64,000 bases of DNA from Tubiluchus corallicola (taxonomy: Eukaryota; Animalia; Priapulida), in contig JAQGDQ010000228.1 in the NCBI GenBank assembly GCA_030141605.1, forward strand, positions 1-64,000, in the 5' to 3' direction. The translations under genes were made by a program, and so were the position numbers. Under the pieces are notes generated by a model. The model had not been told where the DNA came from, did no database searches, and saw nothing but the letters and a program-made list of their open reading frames with translations. How positions within the stretch are numbered: position 1 is the first letter of the stretch; each line of letters starts with the position of its first letter. This document shows, piece by piece, positions 55,301-64,000 of this stretch.

Positions 55301-58300
55301 TAGACTGTCCACGACTCGCAGGCATACAGCAGAGATGGAATGACTACAGCATTGTAGACTTTGAGTTTAGTTGACAGCTTGATGCCTCGTCTTTCCCAGC
55401 ATGTTGTTCTTAGGTTTCCAAAGGCTGCACTGGCTCTTGATATTCTGAAGGCTGCTTCATCATCAATGGTAGCTGATCTTGATAGGGTGCTACCCAAGTA
55501 AACGAACTTGTTGGCTGCCGTCAGTTTCTCATTTTTGATAGTGATGGTTGGTTCTACATATGTGCTGTCAGGGGCAGGCTGAAGTAGGACCTCTGTCTTT
55601 TTTGTGTTAATAGTGAGGCCAAAATCATCGCATGCCTGTGCAAAGAGGTTAACACTTTCCTGCATGTCTTGCTCTGAGGTGGCAGTCGTCTGCAAATAAG
55701 AGGTCATGGATGGTGTCTTCTTTGACTTTGGTCTTGGCCTGCAGTCTGCGAAGATTGAAAAGTTTTCCATCTGTCCTGTAACGGATGTCAATACCGACAT
55801 TCCTGTGGTATATAGTACTACAATACCTATATCCGAGCTGCCACTGATTAAGAGGCATTTTGCTTATCTTTCTGTAGAAAATGAAGCTTAAAGAGGTGGT
55901 TAAGATGTGACAATATTTTCTGACCTGCAAATTTTAAAATGATGTTTAGTAGATGCTGTGAATGCATGTACCACTTTTGTTTAGACTCAATTCTGCTATG
56001 CTGTTGTGATAAGGAAGATACTGAACTGCTAATCGATAAATACAGGGTAGAATACGTGATTCCAATATAATCTATTCTGAATCAAAATGTAACTTAAGTC
56101 TCTCCAATCAGTAGACTACGTAATCAGTATGGTGAGGACGCATAGCAAACATCCTTACAGTGGACTACAAAAAGTCAGTACACAGAATTTCAGTTTAAAT
56201 TTAAAACTTAACCGTTCCCAGATTAGATGTTTGAAGTTACTGAGTTGTACAGTTTCTGATTTAGGTGGAACAGGTTTTTCTGTTTATGGTGTAAATAGGA
56301 AGATTTATGCAAAATTTTCTACAAGTCAGCAAACATGGACAGTGGAGTGGGCACAACCTCGTGAGAGAAAGTGGGTTTACCTGGAATTATCGTGGGACAT
56401 AGGTGAGGAAAAGCATTGGTATTACCTACCTATTATTAATGAAATGATACTAACTAGCACTACCACATTCTAAAAAGTATAATGATTTATTTATCATTAG
56501 GTTTTAATCATTTTATCCTTGAGTTAAATAGTCATTGAACAGTAAACTTCCTGAAAAACCATTGCATAATTTAAAAATTACTATTTTAGTCCAAACTAAA
56601 ATTGGGAGATTGTTTCAGTGTAAAAAACAAAAAATTTGTGCAAAGTTGCTAAACTGTGTATTGTCTACTTTTTGCACTGATTCACATAACACCTGAAATT
56701 ACTAGGAAATAATGATACTAACACACTCATCTAAATGATTACTGTGTAGTTCTCATATTTTCATTATGTCTTTGTCGTTCTAAGTACATAGTGTTCAAGT
56801 ATTATTGACTAAAATCTCTATTGCTTTCATGAGCAGCTTACCTTTCACTCAGGTTTTGTCAGTTTGTTTTAGGTGCATGGATACAACATAAGTTTGGGTG
56901 TTGGGTGTAAAACGGATATTGCTAATCTGAATTGTTGTTCCAAAGTGTGATTAAATAACCGTTGTTTTACAAGTATACTGTTGTAGGTCCTGATTCTTTT
57001 AATTTCTTTCTTTAGTTATTTTCAAAGTGTTGGTAATTATAATTTCGTTATATACGTATTTTTACTGCATGTAACATTTTTCTTAATTTTTTTGCTGATG
57101 ACAGATGGGCTCGAAATGTACGTAGATAATGACATGGTTGGTGTCGATCGCAATGGCAGGTCAAGAGAATTAAATGACGAAGATACGGACAGTATGCTTT
57201 TCATCGGTAGGGGTGCTGAAGAAACTAGATTTGATGCTTATGCTGAGGCAACTTTTGATGAAATGGAAATGTGGTATGGAAAACGGGACGTACTCATGCG
57301 GTTAGGATACATTCAGCGAGGTATCAAACCTTTTTAGTTTTTAAAGTGCTACATAGTAAATGGTAACATGGTGTAAGTGATACATTTGTTTTTTTATGTG
57401 ACCACACACATTAATGTACAATAAAAGATCTTTATTATCATCATCATCATCATCGTCATCATCATCATTGTTATATTGATGAAATATTGCTTTCACTTAA
57501 ACGTTATTACAATAATTGTATAAAGTGTGCTTTCTGACCATCATCAGAGTTGTGTTGCATATACCACTGCTGTCTCGGCAAAGAATTTCTGAGTGCAGCA
57601 GGCAATTTAACTATTTAATAACCTAACAAGCTTGCACATTAAAGTAACATATAATATACTAAACTTTGCCTTGTGATAATTAGTAACAGCAATTGATTAT
57701 TTTTTAAAAGTAATGCGGCATGGCAAGTTGATTGGGTTCCTATTCAACATTTCTGATTTATTTTGATAGGAACATTTCCACTTGATCGTTTTCCAATGGA
57801 CGAAGCACGTGCGAACAAATTGATACATCCAAACATGAAGCAAAAGAAAGTTGTACTACATGAAAATCCAGACTTTGTAGATGGCAAAATTGACAGAGCA
57901 ATTAGGCTCAATGGTAACTAATTGCACATTTTTGTTGTGGAGAGTGAATCTTTATATTCTGGTTTAATCAATTAAATTAAATCGGAAAACATGATTAATA
58001 GAAAAACATTACAGTTCTGCTATAAAAAAGTGTTTTTTCTTTTATTTAGGAAGAAACCAATACATAGACTTTGGTTTGCAAACCGACAGTTGCTTTGGAA
58101 ATCTGGATTTGTGCCACCATGGTAGCATGCTTGCCTTTTGGATAAATTTTCAAGACTTTCAACCGTCACAGTACATTTTGTCCGGACCGACTTACAAGGT
58201 TTTCATTAGCCCAAGACGTACTCTCACAGCTGTGTTCAGCACTGGTACAAAGTCGTGGACAGTTACTTCGAGAGACAAAATTAAATTAAATGAATGGTAC

Positions 58301-61300
58301 GATGTAAAATGTAAAGCAGCAAGTTTTTTTAATGTCTGAACTATAGAGAATAGATGCAGGTGTATCTATTATTCAATGTGTCTTAAATGGGAGCTGTAGA
58401 TTTTTTTTATTAAAGTACCATTTTTTGTGAAAGTCATGTGCTAACTGCTGTTATATAGTTTTTACTTTTTTGCAATATGCGTCTTTAACTTTGCTTCTTT
58501 TGTAGGTATTTAATTGAACTGTCGTGGCATCCAGAACGTGGATTGGCACTTTTCGTCAACACTGAGCGTAAGGATGGGAACACCACTCCGGTGGAACACT
58601 CTAATCCGATACTAGATAGCTCTTTGTTTATGGGCAGATTGAACAAGGATTCAAGTAATTCAAAATATGGACGTTTTACTGTTGACGAGTTAGAGTACTG
58701 GCACACAACACGCGATTCCTTGCTGGCATTCAGCAAAATTGTTAGAGGTGATCAAATTATCTTTTACATTTTTTCTCTTTTCATTGTGTTTACCACATTT
58801 TTACGTGAAATAGTCTCAAATATTTCTTTGTATATAAATGTAAGTATTGTTCTCTTTTGGTGTTCAATTTTTGTAAGAATCAGTATAGCTGAATGTTTAA
58901 TTTTTTATATACTGTGTACTTTTTAAATGTACAAAATAAATTTAAAATAAAACAAATAAAAAATTTTATTAACCAGTAAAATGTTTCAGGAGATGTCGAG
59001 CACAAATATTTGGGGTTGGAAGGAATTCGAGGCTCTGATACAGTGGGAGGTTCCATAGTTGGTCGTGTGTATGGCATACCTTCTAAAATACAGGGTGTTG
59101 TTGGCAATGCTCTAGAGTTTGGGAAAGGCAATGCATATGGTGCTTATATTGACCTTGGGATGCAGAGCGATTCTTGGATAGGGAATTTGGACATGTGCCC
59201 TCAAGGTATTAGTTGTTCTACTGTGCACACGTGTGTTGTTATTTTTTTCATTTGAACAAAGATGTCAGCCAGTAAATTATGAGAATTATTAGGTGTAAAT
59301 TTAACTTAGCTTCAATATTTTCAAATTATCCTTGGCATTTTTTAGGTTTTACACTGTCCCTTTGGGTGAAGTTTCCTCGGATTTACCGTAATGTGGAAGT
59401 TATTTCTAGTCCGTTCTATGAGCTGTACCTTGAACATGATAAACTGATTGCAAATTTAAATACAAAACGTAAATCGTGGACAGTAATGAGCGGCGAGGTT
59501 CAAGCTAACACTTGGTACTTAGTTGACTTAGCGTGGCATCCCGACAGTGGCGTAGTCATATACCTGAATGGGGAAAAGTCGGGAGAATCTAATAAATATG
59601 AGGAACAAACTAATTCTCCTCAATACCGAGGTCATGTAATTATTGGTGAGTAGTTTTGTCGCCTTTATAGTATATTAGAAACTAATTACTGCATTTGGTG
59701 ATATTATTTGTAGGAGTTATTAATATCTGTAATACAACGAGGACATGCAATTTCCATAGTACATGAGATCCAGCAATTTTTATTACTAAACTATTATAAA
59801 TTGTTGGACTTTGTGATACATAGTTAAAAATATAATGAAATTTATACAATTGTGCATTTTTGCTTCTTACTATTCATGCTGAAAATGTTAGCATAACTTC
59901 CATTAAATTTAAACCTACAGGCTGAAGATTTATGTAATGTTATTTTTGTATCTTTTCTTTTTATATGTGTTTTTGCTGTTTTTTTTTTGGTTTATTGAGG
60001 TTGAATTACGTTTTTTATTTTACAGCTAATTCTAAATTCGAGGAAGTCGCCATTGACGAAGTTGAATTTTGGCGAGCTTATAGAGATTATCTCTTAGCAT
60101 TTGACCAGATCAGTCGTGGTAGGTTTAAAGTTGTCATGCTGATAATACTGGATATCACAGTAACTCGCAGTAAGAGAAGCTTGATAGCGGGTCATACTAT
60201 GTCACAAATTGTTAATGAGATGTGTTTCATAATGTTAATACTTTTTTGGTTAATGCTTAATTAAGATAAAAGAGTTGTTAATAAAAATACATGCATAGCA
60301 AACAGATTAAACATCTGAACATTGGGCATAGTAATGCTAATCAAAAGGTTATTTGGATAAAATTCAGTGAAATCAGTTACTTAGATTTGATTCTTTCCCA
60401 TTTATTTTCTGTATTGAATTGCCTACTGAATCTGCTATGTCACGTAATATTAAATGAATTCCACATTTTGTATATTATGCCTCTAGGAGACATCTCTAGT
60501 ACTGCCATATCTATGGAAGACAAATCGTTCAATAAGTACCAAAAATTTGGAAGTCCTACACCAGCAGACGGCATGATAGGTCAAGCTATTCAACTGAGTG
60601 GTAGCCGACAATATGTCGACTTTGGTGAGCTGGAAACTTGTTGGTCAACCAAGAAGGGTTGCCTTGAAGGTTTTCTCTTTTCCCTGTGGGCAAAGTTGGA
60701 CAGCTTGACAGGAGATGCATATGTATTTGCTGGGCCTTATTATGGTTTATATTACGACAATGGAAAAATGGTTGGATTCATTCAGTCCGGTGATAAAAAG
60801 TGGGAAGCTTCCACATCAGCTGTTCAGCCTGGCGTGTGGCATCTTATTGATGTAAGCTGGCATCCAAACATAGGTAAGCTTAAGGTTTTTCAATTTCAGT
60901 AAATTTTGACTGATATCCAAATAAATTAGCAGCAACATGCAGTCTTTCATCGGAGTAGAATTCATGCTAAGCTCAGGCAATATGTTTCCTTGTAATTAAA
61001 CTGCTATACAATAAAAAAAGATACAAAGGTCTGTTTTATAGTAATCTAATTTGTTTTTTTTCTGAATTTTTTGTTTACAGGTTTAGAGCTTTTTGTTGAT
61101 AATGAAAAGGTGGCATCAAGTGGAAATTCTGTGCAAGATGATAAAGCTATCTCTGATGGGAAAAGTTACCTTGGTGAGTTTTAGTCACTAGAGTTTGCAT
61201 ATAGTTAATTAACTACTATTATATAAGTTACGACCTCTGTAACACCTCGAAACATACTGAAGTAGTTGAATGGTTACAACAGACGGTTTTTTATTAGATC

Positions 61301-64000
61301 AGCTGCATTTGCTGTGGGCGTGATCTTAATTGTTTTATGAAAAGTTTGTTTGTTTTTTGTTTCATGTAACATATTCTGTTTTAGATTTACTTATATATTT
61401 CTTAAGAATGACTGCTATTGGCTAGTTGAAGTACTGAGTTTATCTATTCATAAATGATCTCTTGTACCCATTTAACTACTTTAGTACTTTCAGATGTTCA
61501 AGTGACTTTTTTATTTTTGCGATTTTGTAGGAAGAGGCAATAGACGTCATCAGTTCCGAGGTTATGGCAAAGGAACGTTTGATGAAGTACAGTTATGGGA
61601 TGCTAGTTTAGGAATTTTGAAAGCAATGGGTCTAATAATCAGAGGTCTGTTGTGTCTTCTTTAGTAATTATTTGCGTGCATCATTTATTATTTCGATTTA
61701 TACTTTGTATTAAGACATTTGTTTTCAGTTTATATTAATATTTATCGCAGACTTTTAATGACTTTTTATTTGCATATTTTTTTATTTTAACTCCAGGAGT
61801 TTAATTGCAAAATCTACAACATAGAATTATTTTGCTTCTGAATTAGTACAAAAGTTGCACTGTAAGAAATATCAGTATGAACTCTCAAATGTATAGGTAA
61901 TGAACATTTAGCATTTATGCATCATGGGCTAATATAAGCCTGAAATTATTTGTGCAGTTTGCGATGTCTGTCATTGTTGGTTTTGGTAGTAGGGGTAAGC
62001 AGCGAGCATTCATATTCGATTTAAGTGCATTTTTTTTAGTTCTAATTCGATTTGAACCTAAAACAATAGATTCAAGTAATTAACCAGCTCAAACACATAT
62101 GTTCTTTATCACTACAACGTTTGAAACATTGTGCAATCAGCTGCTTATCAATCAGCACAGTTTAGCTGCAATTTCTGTGCATAATCTTTAAGCAAATTAT
62201 TAGTGGTTTTACTGCACAACAAAATGGAGTAATATGCATGATCTTTTTAAGACCGGTTTTTGCCGGTGGTTCGAAAACTTGTTCGAAAATCTTTCGAATT
62301 CCAATCGTTCGAATTCCAATTACTGAAGTTTGGTTCAATTCGAATTCGAAAGTCACAAATTTGCTTTCTGATAGAGAATTCCCACCCCTACATTGCAGTT
62401 TCTAAAAAAAATTGATGCTGGTTTAAATCTAAAAATTTGTACCTAAATTCTTATTTTGAAAGTAAACACTGAAAGTCAAAAATAAAAAACAACTTAGACT
62501 TTAGCTACGTAAATGAAATGCAAATAAAAGTACTGAGCTGTCTTGACGATGAGATTGTATTGGTTGAACGTCATTGATGAAATTTAACTTTTCAAATAAC
62601 AGGGTCTGTAAATAGCCAGTATTTGCCAATGGACTACTTGTCTGGAGACCGTATTCCACATTCCAATCTCACTATTACTGTGCTAGGAAATCCGCAGCTT
62701 GTTGCAGGAAAGAAAGGCAAAGCTATAAAGGTTTGTTTTGACAATATAAGAAGATGATTTATTTCCATAACTGACAATACTATCATATGCAGAGAAGGTA
62801 ATGATAAACTGCATGTGGGCACTATAAAACTCTCATTACGATGCTGTTGACTCTAGGTTGCTAAGCATAAAATCATTAGAATGTTAATACAGACATCTGA
62901 GTAAACGATTTATTTTATTGATTATTCTGGGTTTGCGCACTATGCAATTATTTTTATTAGCCGTAGTATGATGGCTTTTTACTCTCTGTTAGTATTGCTT
63001 ATGCACCAAGGATGCATTACTGGCTGGTTTCTTAAAGATTTTTACGGATTTGCTTGAGGGCAAACATGGGAGCTGTTATATTCTTGAAAATGCTGGTTCT
63101 GCTACCATAATTTTTATCGTGCTTGATGAGTTTTATAGTGTCATTTATCAATTTTCTTCATGTAAATATTTTGTAAAACCCTTGATTTATTAAACTGATT
63201 TAAAGGAAAACCGGACAGTTATGTAGACATTAGTTCAAAATGAAGTATGCTCTAAAATGTTGAAAACTAAAACTGTAATTTCTAAATCAAAGCTTAGATT
63301 AAATAATAATTACCCTGGATAGTTAAATTTTGTTCAATTTCCAAAGCTACGCACGGCTCAGCAAATCCACTAAGACTGACAATATCACCTTTTTGACACG
63401 TTCGCGTGGTACCATAAGCATGATCATGAACTGCAGTGTTCATCTGTGACATAAGTGTGACATAGAGCTCATTTTTGTGACATCACAATAGCGTCTTATA
63501 GCAATCTTTGCTTACACAAATGGGCTTCTCTCACAGGAAAGATGCCTACCATTGCACAAATTGCAGTTAGTTGGTGACGTAAGCAATAACTGTGTTCGGT
63601 TGTCATTAATTAACTTTCTATTGTTATTATTCAAATATCAGGTACAATTGCTAACTTTTATAGGCGAGAAAATGTATATTTTTGCCAGTAAGTTAACATC
63701 AGATTGAGTCTAATTAATTGTCCGGTTTTCCTTTAAGGCTATTGGGTTTACTGATAAAAAAAATCATTATTCATTGTTATCAATTTTTGGTTCTACTTTT
63801 CCTTCTTATCAAGTTGAATGACTTCTTAGCCATTTTCTTTCATGTTAATCTATTTTGTAAAATTTTAATTTGTAAATCACAATTAACAAAAATCATTTTA
63901 TAATCAGTTTTTTGAATCACTGTTTGACTTGTTTTTGCAGATGAATGGCTTTGGTGATTTCGTTAATCTCGGGAATCACTCAGAAGACTGGCTCGGTAAC
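30622..64000 (+). CDS. Large secreted or cell-surface laminin-G protein: neurexin-type LNS1+EGF head followed by at least 6 LamG-like (concanavalin/pentraxin-type) modules (5' part, runs off the right edge)
   Basis: Exons 30622-31333, 44742-44960, 47007-47152, 47952-48102, 51496-51639, 52928-53054, 53924-54072, 56265-56402, 57105-57320, 57770-57913, 58050-58296, 58506-58747, 58990-59205, 59346-59645, 60026-60118, 60487-60873, 61081-61173, 61531-61644, 62603-62730, 63941-64000; all GT-AG, phase-consistent, 1342 codons without a stop. The first exon has a signal peptide, [19 protein letters not shown]...[13 protein letters not shown] and an EGF-like Cys cluster. The repeats share YLPMD...GxAxxLxGxxQYVDxG...CxGNLDxCxxG...W...WxV...W..V..SW...GLxLxVN...FIGR...DExxxW. 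Joining the first exon to the rest across a 13.4-kb intron is inferred from phase only. Confidence 0.85.
33030..34010 (+). mobile_element. Decayed LINE fragment of the same family as the 15648-16957 element
   Basis: Broken frames [56 protein letters not shown] and [23 protein letters not shown] align with HYKLKMNNDKTEFMILSP, KFLGIQVDNNLSW, LRQVKGQLTKETKTLIYKTLVLP and KQIRTNTHYGTNSVIKQAILLWN. Stops and frameshifts are present. Confidence 0.85.
41308..41492. mobile_element. ~185-bp palindromic MITE
   Basis: Left arm cgactgacttgcagtctcgcacacaccccagatcaaaataatgc vs reverse complement of the right arm cgacagactcgcagtctcgcacgcagcgcagataaaaaataataatgc. Confidence 0.7.
43101..43270. repeat. Compound trinucleotide microsatellite (GAT)(AAT)(AAG)(AAC)
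   Basis: Directly visible successive triplet runs; explains the low-complexity ORFs 43081-43296 and 43096-43329. Confidence 0.95.
46116..46133 (+). CDS. Candidate 18-nt micro-exon of the LamG gene (VPGLQQ)
   Basis: tttttaactttattttattttttgtag, then TTCCTGGACTGCAGCAAG, then gtaata; phase 1-1 matches the flanking exon boundaries at 44960 and 47007. Confidence 0.6.
48908..49630. repeat. 52-bp tandem minisatellite, about 14 copies
   Basis: Unit CAGCCATTTACATTGAGTAGGTCTTGCCTTTAAGTGCTTGATCCCAAATTGA starting at 48908, 48959, 49011, 49063, 49115, 49167, 49219, 49271, 49323, 49375, 49426, 49478, 49530 and 49582; no unique spacers. Confidence 0.97.
53515..53557 (+). other. Penelope-like-element terminal motif with variant minimal hammerhead topology
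   Basis: GCC-TTGACAAT-[GAACA gtt TGTTC]-GAAAC-CAG-TC-GGC-AATAAA: stem I GCC/GGC, a perfect stem II, GAAA core, GTC triplet and then a poly(A) signal. Confidence 0.45.
54337..55846. mobile_element. hAT-type non-autonomous element carrying a nested RTE LINE
   Basis: TIR CAGTGGCGGGTC vs CAGTGGCAGCTC (reverse complement of the right end); perfect 8-bp TSD ATTAAGAG at 54329-54336 and 55847-55854. Confidence 0.85.
54720..55804 (-). mobile_element. 5'-truncated RTE-clade (BovB-like) LINE: RT C-terminus and C2H2 zinc finger
   Basis: [24 protein letters not shown]...DLLFADD, then a frameshift into [61 protein letters not shown] and [12 protein letters not shown], ending [21 protein letters not shown]. 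Short 3' UTR; visibly more GC-rich than the host DNA. Confidence 0.93.
57434..57468. repeat. (CAT)n microsatellite
   Basis: attatcatcatcatcatcatcgtcatcatcatcatt. Confidence 0.9.
61990..62390. mobile_element. hAT-type MITE, copy 2 (inverted relative to 14002-14375)
   Basis: TAGGGGTAAGCA ... CCCACCCCTA termini. The reverse complement of the right end (tcagaaagcaaatttgtgactttcgaattcgaattgaaccaaacttcagta) matches the left part of copy 1. Confidence 0.75.
63204..63732. mobile_element. Kolobok-type MITE
   Basis: Perfect 14-bp TIR AGGAAAACCGGACA / TGTCCGGTTTTCCT flanked by a TTAA duplication (63200-63203 and 63733-63736). Confidence 0.85.

Noticed and set aside
57525-57550. Minus-strand CTGATGA-TGGTCA-GAAA hammerhead core
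   Set aside because: Stem II is too short to fold and no cleavage-site stem was found; at most a decayed remnant.
30622-64000. Calling the gene a canonical neurexin (NRXN)
   Set aside because: Only the first LNS-EGF unit is neurexin-like and the downstream modules are a different LamG type, so no gene symbol was assigned.

Overview
AT-rich, intron-rich eukaryotic (invertebrate animal) genomic DNA, not prokaryotic. I built three spliced genes by hand from GT-AG boundaries with consistent exon phases. (1) The 5' half of a kinesin-3 KIF1A/unc-104 gene on the minus strand: ATG at 17835, 21 coding exons down to 686, continuing off the left edge. (2) A complete 7-exon papain-family (C1A, cathepsin L-like) protease on the plus strand, 21352-26818, ~599 aa, with an unusually long (~380 aa) cationic and low-complexity prepro-region. 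(3) The 5' part of a large plus-strand gene (30622 to beyond 64000, at least 1342 codons). It encodes a signal peptide and an alpha-neurexin-type LNS1+EGF head, followed by at least six tandem ~200-aa LamG-like (concanavalin/pentraxin-type) modules instead of the usual neurexin LNS2-6. Introns and intergenic DNA carry LINE fragments (two CR1/L2-like, one RTE), several TIR-bearing MITEs (hAT-, Tc1/pogo-, Kolobok- and Harbinger-like; some nested), a 52-bp minisatellite and microsatellites. The most notable observations are the neurexin-head/LamG-array protein, frame-preserving candidate micro-exons in the KIF1A K-loop and the first LamG module, the multi-cleavable cathepsin precursor, and a Penelope-type hammerhead-like motif. 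Family assignments come from motif recognition only; no database searches were run.
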